From an uncultured Verrucomicrobiae bacterium (GTDB lineage Bacteria > Verrucomicrobiota > Verrucomicrobiia > Chthoniobacterales > Chthoniobacteraceae), in assembly GCA_963836755.1 (NCBI GenBank), contig CAWIKF010000002.1:320001-384000 (forward strand): a stretch of DNA of 64,000 nucleotides, written 5' to 3'. Below are positions 30,928 through 42,314 of this stretch, one piece after another; position 1 is the stretch's first letter, and each line of letters begins with the position of its first letter. The notes below the pieces were generated by a model, which saw only the letters and a list, made by a program, of their open reading frames with translations, did not search any database and was not told where the DNA came from. A program made the position numbers and the translations under genes.

Positions 30928-30993
30928 CAGGCGTGTTTGGCCACGGCGTGCTCGGGGCTTGCTTCGGCCAAGCCGCGGGGCGACGGTCGGCGC

Positions 30994-31672
30994 TTGCAGA
31001 ACCCGATTTTTGTCAAAAAAACTTTCGCGGCAATCGCGGGGCGGTATGACCTGGCGAATCATCTGCTGAGCGGCGGGCTCGATTTTTCCTGGCGCAAAAA
31101 GTCGGCGCGCATCGTGCGCGAATGGGCGCCGCGCGCGGTCCTTGATCTCGCGACCGGAAGCGGCGACCTGGCGCTGGCGATTCTGCGCGCATGCCCGGCG
31201 GCGCGGGTGGTCGGCGCGGATTTTTGCGAGCCGATGCTGGAGCTGGCGCGGCGGAAGGGTTTGCGCGAGACGGTGGTGGCCGATGCGATGCGTTTGCCGT
31301 TTGCGGCGGGGGAATTCGATGTGGTGACGGTCGCGTTCGGGCTGCGGAATATGGAGTCGTGGCCCGGGCGCGCTGCGGGAAATGCGGCGGGTGTTGCGGG
31401 CGGGTGGGCACTTGCTGGTGCTCGATTTTTCGATGCCGGAGGGGAGACTTTTTCGCGGGATTTATCGCGGGTATCTGCACGGGGTGCTGCCGCGGCTGGC
31501 GTCAGTTTTGACGCGGGAGAAAAGTGCGTATGAGTATCTCGGGGCGTCGATCGAAAAGTTCCCGAGCGGAGCGGCGATGACGGCGCTGCTGCGGGAGAAC
31601 GGGTTTGCGGAGGCGGAATGCCTGCGGTTGAGCGGAGGGATTGTGTCGCTTTACACGGCGATGGCGGCGTGA
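30994..31672 (+). CDS. ubiE: UbiE/MenG ubiquinone/menaquinone methyltransferase, one apparent frameshift near 31365
   Basis: FAAIAGRYDLANHLLSGG, VLDLATGSGD, VAFGLRN, then (shifted frame) LREMRRVLRAGG...AYEYLGASIEKFP; one extra base in tggcccgggcgcg. Confidence 0.85.
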
Positions 31673-31686
31673 GCGGGAGGATTTTT

Positions 31687-31807
31687 CGGGTAGGGTGGGC
31701 GTCTCACCCGCCGGTGATGGCGTCTCGCCATCACGAACTTTTTCCGAGGCTGAAAGTGCGTCGCGGCGAGACGCCGCAACCGGCGGGCGGGACGCCCACC
31801 CTACCCG
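31687..31807. repeat. REP-doublet/REPIN-like nested palindrome between convergent genes
   Basis: CGGGTAGGGTGGGCGTCTCACCCGCCGGT ... ACCGGCGGGCGGGACGCCCACCCTACCCG outer inverted repeat; inner hairpins GTGATGGCGTCTCGCCATCAC and GCGGCGAGACGCCGC; GTAG at arm ends. Confidence 0.75.
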
Positions 31808-31824
31808 GGAATCCCTCGCAGGCG

Positions 31825-33687
31825 TTATGGCGTCGCGGCGGGGACTGGCGTGCTTTCGGGGGCGGGTGTGGGGCTCGCGGGTGGGCTTGCGCCGAGATTC
31901 GGCACGGGAGTGGATTGCGTGAGGGTCAACTGCAGCGCCTCATAGTCTGGGCGGTTGATGATGAAAGTTCCGTCGAGGCCGTCGGCGGCGGCGAACCACA
32001 TTCCGTCCGGCGTGGCGGCGCCGACGCGCAACGTGTGTGTTTTTTTGTCGTCAGTGGTGAAGGTGGCGATGAGCGCCGGCTTGTCGAGGCCGTGCTCGGG
32101 TTTCGTCGCGCCGATCCAGCGGACGGCGTGCAGATGCGGTGAGGGTATTGAGGAGCGACTGGAGGTTATTCGGGTTGACGCTCGCGTCGCCTTGCGCCGG
32201 CTTCCATGTGTCTTTTTCCTTCACGAACGCGAGCGGCGGCTGCGAGTCGCGCGTGATCTCGAGCGCGTTCACGTCGTCGGGTTTCGCGTGGAAAATCGCG
32301 AGGTCCTGCCATTGCAATGGATCGGTCGCGATGCTCGCGAGGATCGATTTGTTCACCGTGACGATGAACGGCTCGGTGTCGAGCTTCGCGTAAACGTTGT
32401 CGCCCTCGACTTTGCCGAAAAGGATCGTGACGATGGAATCCTCGCCGGCCTTGCTCTCGGCGGTGTTTTCGGAGGCGTAGCTGGCGAAGTTTACCTTCAG
32501 CTGCGGCTGATCGAGGCCGTAGCGCGGCAGGTCGGTGGCGACGCCGGAGACGAACGTGGCGACCTGCTCGTTCTGAAGCGCGTCGGCCATCGCGCGGACT
32601 GCCTCCGCGTTTGCGGGTTTGTCGCCGCTCGATTTGATGGTCCAATTTTCCTCCTTGCGCGCGAGCGTGATCGCCGGCTGGCCGGCGGGCTCGATGTGAA
32701 TGCGGTCGACGGTGTCGAGATTGAGCCGGACGAGATGGCGGTCGCGGAGGTCGTCAGGCTTCACGTCGAGGATTGCGCCGATGGTGTTTGGGACGAGGAA
32801 AATCGAATCGCGCGAGGAGACTTTCGCGTAAACTTTGCCCTTCTCCTTCTCGCTGGTCTTGGAAATTTGCACGACCGTCGGCTTGTCGCTTCCCTCGGCA
32901 GTAGAGCGTGACCGAGCCGCGCGGGTCGGCGATCGCGCCGGCCGCGGCAGTGGTGACGTCGCCGGAGACAAAGGAATCGACGCGCGTGTTCAGCATCTGC
33001 GCGATCAGGTCGGAAATCTTTCGCGTCATCGCCGCGAGCCTTGATCGGCGTTTCCAGTTCCCAATGCTCATGCTGACGCTGCAGCTCGATTTCGCCGGCG
33101 GCGGTCTTGATCTCGAGCTTTGTTGATCTGGCTGGCGTTCAACTCCGTGAGCCGCCGGTCGCGGAAGTCGTCGGCTTTTTTCGTCACCTGGTTTCTCAAC
33201 TCGTTGCCGACAACATAGACCGTGTTCGACGAGGCGAGGCGGATGTAAATTTTCCCATCGACCGCCGCGTCTTTGCCGAAAATGAATTTCCACCGGCTTG
33301 CCCGCGCCCTCGAGCTTGAGGCTGACGCTCGACTTCGCGACGCCGATGGCTTTCGTGTCGATTTTGCCGGCGACCTTCGCCGCCTTCGAGCGTCGTGTCT
33401 TTGTTTAAAGTTTCGACGCTCGTAAGCAAAGTGCTCACGGCGTTGTCATCAGCGCGATCTTTCACCGGCGCGGTCATCATCCATTTGCCATCGGTTTTTT
33501 GCAGGACGATTTTTTCCTCGTTGTTCGTCAGCGTGATGCCGGTGATTTTGTCGCGGTCGAGATTGACCACGTGCTTTTGCTGGTCGGCGGCTTCCTGCGT
33601 CGAGGGAAGTTTTGACTCGTAGAAATGGATGAAGGCGAAAACCCCGACGGCGAAGAGCAGGAGGACGATCGTGTTTCTCGTTTTCAT
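31825..33687 (-). CDS. DUF4340-domain protein (Gld-like ABC accessory), split by several apparent frameshifts
   Basis: MKTRNTIVLL TM start; repeated DFRDR/DLRDR, YGLDQP, HGLDKP motifs distributed over consecutive ORF fragments. Confidence 0.7.
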
Positions 33688-33698
33688 GCGGAGCGGTT

Positions 33699-35189
33699 TT
33701 AACGGCGGCGCTGCACCCATGCGCCGATGCCGATCAGCGCTACGATCGCCGGCATCGCGCCGATGGTTAGCAAGGCGATGTTGCGCACCTGCTCATCGGT
33801 GAGGTTGAGCGTGAAAAGTTGCGCCTGTTTCGGCGCGATGCCGATGAGTTCCTCGCGGGAAAGGAGCCAATTCAGCCCCGCGAGCGCGAAATCAACGTTC
33901 GCCTCGGTCAGCGCATCGTTCGTGACGAATGCGGAGTTGCCGACGACGATCAACCGCGAAGTATCCACTTGCACGCGCTGGTCGGGCAAGCCCACCTTTT
34001 TCGACCGAGACCGCGATGTCGAGCGGCGGCGCGCGGTCTTCCTTCGGGTCAAAGGAGACGCCGGTCTCGGTCATGTTTTGATATTTCGTCTCGCCCCAGA
34101 AGCCTTCCGCAGCCGTCACGAGTGGCTCGTCCTTCAAGCCATTTTTGTTCGCCACCGCCGGATCGAGCGAGAGCGATTGCGTCTGCGCCCATGAAAAGCG
34201 TCTGCACGCCTTTGAGCCGCTTCGTGACTTCGCTGTTCAAGCTGAAAACGCCAACGACTTCGCGCACGATGCCGGTCATCGGCCCGAGCGCGACGGTGCG
34301 CAAAATCCGATCATCCTGCGGCTGGATGCCGAGCTCGCCGAGGAACGCCGACAGCTTCGGCGTCAGCGAGGCCGGGTCGAGCGCGATGAACAGACGCCCT
34401 TTCTTATCCCAAAAATCGCGCAGCATCTTCGCCTCGCGATCTGTCAAATCGTAGCGCGGGCCGAGGATGAAAAGAACTTTCGCGTCGTCCGGCACCTTGT
34501 CGACATCCATCAGGTTCAGCGTGTCGAACTTGATGTTCTGCCGCTCCATGATAGGTCTTAAAAGTCGTCAGCTCGTCGCCCTTCAAGTCGGGCCCGCCGT
34601 TGCCGCCGAGCAGGTAAACTTTGCTCTGCTGGTTCTCGATCACCTCCAGCATCGCACTCGTCAGCGCCTGCTCGCCCTTGAAATCCTTCAGCGTCGGCGG
34701 CTGGCCATACATCTCGCCGCTGTTGTCGTAGTCGGCGAGATCCGCCGCGTTCACAAACTTCGTCCGGCCATCGTAATCGAGGATGACGACGTTCTCATTC
34801 GCGCCGAATTTATATTTCGCCTGCAGCTCGCGGGCGCGGGTGAAATTGCGATACGGATCGACCGTCTCGACATCGAGTTTGTTGTGCGCGGCGTATTGAT
34901 ATTCCTTCAGCAGATTCTGCAGGTCGCCGTAAACGTCCGAGACAGGATTGAAAAAGACGATGACCTTCATCGGCTTATCGAGGCTTTTGAGCAGCCGCTT
35001 CGTCTGGTCGGAGAGCGCGTATTTCTGGTTGCGCGAAAAGTCCCACCGCTTGTAATGCCGGAACGCGTAGTAATTGATCCCGCCGAGGATGAAGACGACG
35101 GCGATGATCTGGATCAGCACATTCAGCCCGATCTGGAAACGGTGAATGCGGGAAACTTTCGGCGACGGATCGGAATTTTTTTCAGCCAT
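33699..35189 (-). CDS. GldG-like ABC-type uncharacterised transport auxiliary protein, split by apparent frameshifts
   Basis: RWDFSRNQKYALSDQT, GEQALTSA, ILGPRYDL, RLIVVGNSAF, NWL..REELIGI, terminal TM + WVQRRR over four ORF pieces. Confidence 0.75.
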
Positions 35190-35195
35190 ACGAAG

Positions 35196-35951
35196 CTACA
35201 GTTTCCACTTGCGCGACTGGAAGACCTGATGTGTGAGCACGAGCATCAGGACCGTCATCGTGGTGTAAAAAACGATCGGGCGCGAATCGATGATCCCTTT
35301 TGAAAACTCGCCCATGTGCTCGATCGCCGAGTAATAGCCGACGATCTCGCGCAGCGCCGGAGTGATATTCAGCACGATAAACCCGAGCAGCCCGGCGAAA
35401 AGCAGTAGCGTGATCGCGCAGAACGAAATCACCGCCGCGATGATCTGGTTGCGCGTGACCACCGACGCGAAGCAGCCGATGGAAATGTAAAACATCCCCA
35501 TCAAAAGCAGCAGCAGAGCACTCCCCGCGTAAGCGCCCGCCGCGTGCGCCGCCTCGGAGCTCGTGACTCTTTGGAAGATGAAAAAGTAGAGCGCGCTGGG
35601 CAGCCAGAGGATGATGTAAAAAACCACGCAGCCGAGCCATTTCGAGAGCACCACCTGCCAGTCGCGGATGGGCGCTGTCATCAAAGTCTCGATGGTGCCC
35701 ATTTTGAATTCCTCGGAAAAAGTCCGCATCGTGATCAGCGGGAAAGTCAGCAGATAGCCAATCCAGAAGAGAACGGTATTGTAAAACGCCTCGACCACCG
35801 TCACTTCGGACGGCCCGCGATTGAGCAGCGAGACGCTGATGTAAAAGTTGAAGCCGGTGATGATGAGGAAAAAGAACATCACCACGTAAGCGATGGGCGA
35901 GTAGAAGAACGATTTCACCTCGCGGCCGAGAAGAGTGAGGAATTTGCTCAT
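35196..35951 (-). CDS. ABC-2 type permease (GldF-like)
   Basis: REVKSFFYSPIAYVV, PLITMRTFSEEFKMGTIETLMTAP, TRNQIIAA. Confidence 0.88.
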   Translation of the reverse strand: MSKFLTLLGREVKSFFYSPIAYVVMFFFLIITGFNFYISVSLLNRGPSEVTVVEAFYNTVLFWIGYLLTFPLITMRTFSEEFKMGTIETLMTAPIRDWQVVLSKWLGCVVFYIILWLPSALYFFIFQRVTSSEAAHAAGAYAGSALLLLLMGMFYISIGCFASVVTRNQIIAAVISFCAITLLLFAGLLGFIVLNITPALREIVGYYSAIEHMGEFSKGIIDSRPIVFYTTMTVLMLVLTHQVFQSRKWKL

Positions 35952-36021
35952 TTTGTCGAAAAAGTCCTAGAAGCGGGTGCTGCGTGTCTGTTTTATGCAA
36001 GAAAGGCCCGAAACTACGGCT

Positions 36022-36252
36022 CCAACGTCTAATCTTCCGTTTCCAATGTCCAATCTTTGCATCCCGAGATTCAATATTCCCGCTCCGATGTTCTCGCTTC
36101 TGGCGCCAAGGTTCCCGCTTCCGGCTCCGAGGTTCTCGGTTCCGACTGCGAGGTCCGCACCTCCGGTTCCGCGGTTACGGCTTCGGGTGCCAATGTTCGC
36201 TCTTGCGGTCGCTGGGTTGAAAGTTCGGGTGCGCATGTCAAAAATTGCCGCC
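36022..36252. repeat. Degenerate tandem array of ~11 x 21 bp (CCRAKGTTC..NCTTC core) inside the ABC operon; overlaps minus-strand ORF 35967-36236
   Basis: Units start at 36022, 36043, 36064, 36085, 36106, 36127, 36148, 36169, 36190, 36211, 36232. Confidence 0.8.
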
Positions 36253-36257
36253 GTGGG

Positions 36258-37190
<933 letters not shown>

Positions 37191-37344
37191 GGTGCTACGG
37201 GATTAAATGAAATACGCATGGCAAAGCAACGGGGAATTTTTTTGACCGACGCGCGCGCGATCCGTTCAAAATCCGCGCGCGGCGCGGCGCGGAACAATGG
37301 CTTGTCTTTTGCGCGATGAAGCAGGATGCTCCGCGCAGTTCTTT

Positions 37345-37520
37345 GTCTGCTTAATGGCTCGGCGAGTGCCGGGCCAGCGGGGGATCCGAATTTTCGCACC
37401 GGCTTTTTTTAAAACGAAGCGCGGGGCGGATCGGGGCGAACGGTGCAAGGCGCATCGCGAGCATTTCATGGCTCGAGCCCGACAGCTAACCTCGTCAGCG
37501 CCACATGATGGGCAAGGGAC
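37345..37520 (+). ncRNA. Cyclic di-AMP (ydaO/yuaA) riboswitch
   Basis: GCTTAAT...AGCGGGGGATCC...GGGGCGAA...CGAGCCCGACAGCTAACCTCGTCAGCG in the correct order, in the 5' UTR of a YdaO/KimA-like gene. Confidence 0.85.
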
Positions 37521-37617
37521 TGTCGATGCGCACATTCGCGCGACTGCCCTCTTCTCTTGCCAGAGAAAGCAAGATTCGTCCGCGCCGGAAGGCCGGGGCG
37601 AGGCAGTTTAAAACCAA

Positions 37618-39447
37618 ATGATCGCAACCGATTCGAAGCGGCCGCGTAATGTCGATTGGACGCGCGCGGCTGCCATTTTATATGGCGACTGGGGCACGAG
37701 CAAAGCCTACGTCGTAGGGCTGGCGTTTGCCGTCGCGGGCTATTCGTCGTTCTGGCTCATCGCCGCGATGTGCGTGCTCACCGCGCTGGTCGGGGTGAAT
37801 TACACGGTGATCTGCCGCTGCTATCCCGACGGCGGCGGCGTTTACGCGAGCGTGCGCCATCGCTCGGAGGTGGTGTCGATCGTCGGCGCGTTTCTGTTGA
37901 TCGCCGATTACATCGTCACGGCCGCAATTTCATCGCTCTCGGCTTTCCAATATCTCGGCGTGCCGCATCCGGAACTTTTCGCGGCGGTCGCGATTGCGGT
38001 GATCGGCGCGGGAAATTATTTCGGGCCGAAACTCACGGGCGGCCTCGCGTTTCTCATCTCGTTGCCGACGGCGCTGGTCGTGGTGGTGCTCGGGCTTTTC
38101 TGTCTGCCGCATCTCGGCACGGCGATTCACAATCTCCAGCCGCTGCACGGCGGATTTTTTACAAACTGGAATGGCTTCGTCGGAATCGTGCTCGCGCTCT
38201 CGGGCGTCGAGGCGATTGCAAATTCGACGGGCGTGATGAAGCTCGATCCGGGCAGCACCGATGCGCATCCGGTTGTTAAACGAACCGCTAACAAAGCGAT
38301 TTTTTGGGTCGCGATCGAGGTTTGCGGTTTCACCGCGCTGCTCGGCCTCGCGATGCACGCGCTCGCCGGCCTGCAAATCGTCAATGGCGACGTGAACGCG
38401 CCGGGCGCCGCGGGCGTGCGCGATTACATGCTGCGCTACATGGCGCAGGTTTTCGTCGGCGGCTCGCTCGGCACAGTCGCCGGTCACATCGCGGCGTGGA
38501 CGGTCAGCATCGTCTTCGGATTCCTGCTCCTTTCCGCGGTGAATACGGCGATCGTCGATTTGATCGCGATCTCGTTTCTCATGGCGCGCGACGGGGAGTT
38601 GCCGCCGGTTTTTCAAAAGTTAAACAAATTCGGCGTGCCGAATCTCAGCATTTTCGCCGCGACGATCGTGCCCGTTTTTCTCGTCGTGCTCGTCAAGGAC
38701 ATGGCCGGCCTCGCCGATCTTTACGCGGTCGGCGTCGTCGGCGCGATCGCGACAAATCTCGGCGCGAGCTCGACCGACAAGCATCTCGCGCTGAAAAAAT
38801 GGGAGCGCGGTTTGATGTTCGTGACGTTCGCGATCATGGCCGCGATCGAAGTTTCGCTCTTCGCCGACAAACCGAATGCGCGACTTTTTTCACTCTGCAT
38901 CCTCGCCGTCGGATTGATCGCGCGCGGCCTCGTCACCGAGCGCCGCATGAAGCGCGAGAAGACCGAGGCCGCCATCGCCGCGACGGAAAAAGCGCGCGAG
39001 ATCGCGCGGCGCACCGTGCAATTTGGCACGACGCACGTCGCGGCCGGCCAGCCGCTGCTCGCCGCCGTGCGCGGCATCGGGCGCACGCTCGACTTTGCGA
39101 TCGAAGAAGCGCGCGAAACCGATCGACCGCTCTATTTGCTCTTCGTGCGCGAGCAGCCGATTACCACTGCCGAGGACCGCAAACGCAAATGGATGGACGA
39201 TGAAGAGGCGTATGAAATTTTCGCCTACGCGGCCGAGAAGGCCGATGGACACACCGTTCTGCCGTGCTACGCCGTCAGCCAATCCGCCGCCGACACCATC
39301 GTGGACATCGCCGCGACGGTCGGCGCATCGCGGCTCATCGTCGGCGCGCCACAGCGGAGCGCGCTCGTGAATTTGCTGCGCGGAAACATGATGCGCCAGA
39401 TCGCGGACCTTTTGCCGGACGACATCCACATGCTCGTTTACGCGTAA
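37618..39447 (+). CDS. KimA/YdaO-like APC-family transporter (putative K+ importer) with C-terminal USP-like domain
   Basis: GDWGTSKAY, YPDGGGVY, ADYIVTAAIS, LSGVEAIAN, LYAVGV motifs; soluble C-terminal USP-like fold; riboswitch upstream. Confidence 0.8.
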   Translation: MIATDSKRPRNVDWTRAAAILYGDWGTSKAYVVGLAFAVAGYSSFWLIAAMCVLTALVGVNYTVICRCYPDGGGVYASVRHRSEVVSIVGAFLLIADYIVTAAISSLSAFQYLGVPHPELFAAVAIAVIGAGNYFGPKLTGGLAFLISLPTALVVVVLGLFCLPHLGTAIHNLQPLHGGFFTNWNGFVGIVLALSGVEAIANSTGVMKLDPGSTDAHPVVKRTANKAIFWVAIEVCGFTALLGLAMHALAGLQIVNGDVNAPGAAGVRDYMLRYMAQVFVGGSLGTVAGHIAAWTVSIVFGFLLLSAVNTAIVDLIAISFLMARDGELPPVFQKLNKFGVPNLSIFAATIVPVFLVVLVKDMAGLADLYAVGVVGAIATNLGASSTDKHLALKKWERGLMFVTFAIMAAIEVSLFADKPNARLFSLCILAVGLIARGLVTERRMKREKTEAAIAATEKAREIARRTVQFGTTHVAAGQPLLAAVRGIGRTLDFAIEEARETDRPLYLLFVREQPITTAEDRKRKWMDDEEAYEIFAYAAEKADGHTVLPCYAVSQSAADTIVDIAATVGASRLIVGAPQRSALVNLLRGNMMRQIADLLPDDIHMLVYA

Positions 39448-39520
39448 AAGTTTTTTTGAAAAAAATCGGCGTTGCGATTTCATGCGCGCGCAAATCCGCA
39501 TAAACTGCGGCTTCGCGAAA

Positions 39521-41335
39521 ATGGAAATGCTCACCGCGCTCAAGCAAAACTTTGGCTTCGACTCCTTCCGGGCGCTCCAAGCCGACATTATCGCCGACGC
39601 GCTCGCGGGCCGCGACGTCTTCGCGTTGCTGCCGACCGGCGGCGGCAAATCGCTCTGCTTTCAGCTCCCAGCCTTGCTTCGCGAAGGATTGACCGTCGTC
39701 GTCTCGCCGCTGATCGCGCTGATGAAGGACCAGGTCGATGCGCTCCGTGCGAGTGGAGTCGCTGCTACTTTTTTAAATTCGACGCTCGGCGCGGATGAAG
39801 TGCGCGCGCGGCTTCGTGGCTTGCATGCCGGCGAATTTCGTCTGCTCTACGCCGCGCCGGAGCGACTCATGCTCGACGGCTATTTGGAAAATTTGACGCG
39901 CTGGAATGTGAACCAATTCGCGATCGACGAAGCGCATTGCATCAGCGAATGGGGCCACGATTTTCGTCCGGAATATCGGCAGCTCGCGAGTCTGCGCGCA
40001 CATTTTCCCGGCGTCCCGATCATGGCGCTGACCGCGACGGCGACCGAGCGCGTGCGCGAAGACATTGTCAAACATTTGACGCTCCGCGATCCGCGCGTTT
40101 ACGTCGCGAGTTTCAATCGCCCAAACCTCACCTATCGCGTCGTGCCGAAAGCGCATCCGGGCGATCAAGTGCTCGAGTTTATCCGCGCGCGGCCGCGCGA
40201 AAGCGGCATCGTTTATTGCGCGAGCCGTAAAACCGCAGAGGCTGTTGCGGAAAAGTTATCCGCGGCGAAAATCCCCGCAAAGCCTTACCACGCGGGCCTC
40301 GACGCGGAAACGCGCGCGCAAAACCAGGAGGAGTTTTTGCGCGATGAAGTGCGTGTGATCGCGGCGACAATCGCGTTCGGCATGGGCATCAACAAGCCAA
40401 ACGTCCGCTTCGTTATCCACCACGATCTGCCGAAAAACGTTGAGGGCTACTATCAGGAAACCGGTCGCGCCGGCCGCGACGGACTGCCATCGGAATGCTT
40501 GCTGTTGTTTAACGCAGCGGACATCGTGAAGCAGACGCAATTCATCGAGGAAAAAAATGCTGAGGAGCAAAAAGTAGCGCGCGCGCAGCTCCAGCAAATC
40601 GTCCATTACGCGGAGTGCGGCAGTTGTCGTCGCGCGGCGCTGCTTCATTATTTTGGCGAAGAATGGCCGGACGGCGCTTGCGACGGCTGCGACAACTGTT
40701 TGACGCCGCGCGATACTTTTGACGGCACGCTCGCGGCGCAGAAATTTCTTTCGTGCGTCTATCGCGTCCGCGAACGCAGCGGCTTCAACTTTGGTCTCAA
40801 CCACATCATCGAAGTGCTCACCGGCGCCGACACTGACGCGGTGCGCAAGCGCGGACACGATCAACTTTCCACCTACGGAATCGGCTCGGAAATGAAGCGC
40901 GGCGAATGGCAGGCGATCGGCCGGGAACTGGCTCGGCTAGGGCTTCTCGAGCAATCGACGGAAAAATTTGCGACGGTCGAAATCACCGCCGCGGGACTCG
41001 CTTTTTTAAAAAATAAAAAGCCGCTCACGCTCACGAAACCGAATGCGGTCGTGGACAAAAAGTCGCGCGCGCGCCGCGGAGAAATTGCGTGCGACGAGGC
41101 GCTTTTCGAACGCCTGCGCGTGCTGCGGCGCAAGCTTGCCGACGAGCGCGAAGTGCCGGCCTACATCATTTTCAGCGATGTCTCGCTGCGAGAAATGGCG
41201 CGCGATTTTCCGCAGTCGGCATCGGCCCTCGCAAAAATCAGCGGCGTCGGCGCGCAAAAGCTCAAGGACTTTGGCGCCGCTTTTCTGGCCGAGATCGAAA
41301 GTCACTTGAAAAATTTTCCTTCCGCCGGCGCGTGA
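39521..41335 (+). CDS. recQ: ATP-dependent DNA helicase RecQ
   Basis: PTGGGKSLCFQ, DEAHCISEWGHDFRPEY, QETGRAGRDG, zinc-binding CRR/CDGCDNC, RQC and HRDC domains. Confidence 0.97.
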   Translation: MEMLTALKQNFGFDSFRALQADIIADALAGRDVFALLPTGGGKSLCFQLPALLREGLTVVVSPLIALMKDQVDALRASGVAATFLNSTLGADEVRARLRGLHAGEFRLLYAAPERLMLDGYLENLTRWNVNQFAIDEAHCISEWGHDFRPEYRQLASLRAHFPGVPIMALTATATERVREDIVKHLTLRDPRVYVASFNRPNLTYRVVPKAHPGDQVLEFIRARPRESGIVYCASRKTAEAVAEKLSAAKIPAKPYHAGLDAETRAQNQEEFLRDEVRVIAATIAFGMGINKPNVRFVIHHDLPKNVEGYYQETGRAGRDGLPSECLLLFNAADIVKQTQFIEEKNAEEQKVARAQLQQIVHYAECGSCRRAALLHYFGEEWPDGACDGCDNCLTPRDTFDGTLAAQKFLSCVYRVRERSGFNFGLNHIIEVLTGADTDAVRKRGHDQLSTYGIGSEMKRGEWQAIGRELARLGLLEQSTEKFATVEITAAGLAFLKNKKPLTLTKPNAVVDKKSRARRGEIACDEALFERLRVLRRKLADEREVPAYIIFSDVSLREMARDFPQSASALAKISGVGAQKLKDFGAAFLAEIESHLKNFPSAGA

Positions 41336-41426
41336 TGCCGCACGGCCGGCCGCTTGGAACGGCGAGAATGGAAATTGTCTCCGGCTGGTTCATGCCGATA
41401 CTTCGCGCGACAGTTTTTGCGCTCTA

Positions 41427-42314
41427 ATGTTTCCCGCTTTTCTCACCACGATTTGCTTTGCGTTCTCGATCATTTTCGCGGCGCGGTCCGCGCGATTGCT
41501 CGGCAGCAGCGCAGCGAATCTCGGGCGCATGCTCATCGCGCTGGCGCTGCTCGCGATCTGGGCGCACAGCTTCGGGCAGGGGCTCGCCGCGAAATCGTCG
41601 TGGTGGTTTTACATCAGCGGCGCGCTCGGCTACGGCATGGGCGATATCGCGATGTTTCTCGCGCTCACGCGAATCGGGCCGCGGCTCACGGTGATGCTCG
41701 TGCAATGTCTCGCCGCGCCGATCGGGGCGCTGGGCGAATGGCTCTGGCTCGGCACGGAAATTCGCGGGGTGCAGTTGGCGTGCGGCGCGGTGATCCTGCT
41801 CGGGGTCGCGCTGGCGCTCGCGCCGAAACGCGACATCGATGTGCATCGTCCGACTTTTTTTACCGGCATTGCATTCGGCCTGATAGCGGCGATTGGCCAG
41901 GCATCTGGCGCGGTGACGAGCCGCAAAGCTTTCTTCGTCGCGCTCGCGGCGGGGTGGCGCATTGATGCAGGCACGGCGGCTTACCAGCGGATGCTTGGCG
42001 GCATTTTGCTGACCGCGGTTTTCTTTATTTTCGCGCTCTGGCTGCGCGGTTCACGATTGCCTTCGCGTGAAAAGTTCGCGCGCGCGCTGCCGTGGACTTT
42101 CGGGAACGCGCTCATCGGTCCCACTCTCGGCGTCGCTTGTTATCAATGGGCGCTTTTCAGCAGGCCGAGTGCGATCGTTTTGCCAATCGTCGCAACGACG
42201 CCGGTGGTCGCGATTCCGCTCGCATGGCTGATTGACGGCGATCGGCCGAGCTTGCGTTCGATCATCGGCGGGCTGATCGCGGTGGCTGGCACCGTGGCGC
42301 TTTCGCGCTGTTAA
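41427..42314 (+). CDS. DMT/EamA-family transporter
   Basis: About 10 TM helices in two repeats. Confidence 0.8.
   Translation: MFPAFLTTICFAFSIIFAARSARLLGSSAANLGRMLIALALLAIWAHSFGQGLAAKSSWWFYISGALGYGMGDIAMFLALTRIGPRLTVMLVQCLAAPIGALGEWLWLGTEIRGVQLACGAVILLGVALALAPKRDIDVHRPTFFTGIAFGLIAAIGQASGAVTSRKAFFVALAAGWRIDAGTAAYQRMLGGILLTAVFFIFALWLRGSRLPSREKFARALPWTFGNALIGPTLGVACYQWALFSRPSAIVLPIVATTPVVAIPLAWLIDGDRPSLRSIIGGLIAVAGTVALSRC

Noticed and set aside
30577..31533. 318-aa ORF fusing PRIFA repeats to UbiE
   Set aside because: It overlaps the lolD-like start; UbiE homology begins only at ~30994 and the open frame is a by-product of the 21-bp repeat
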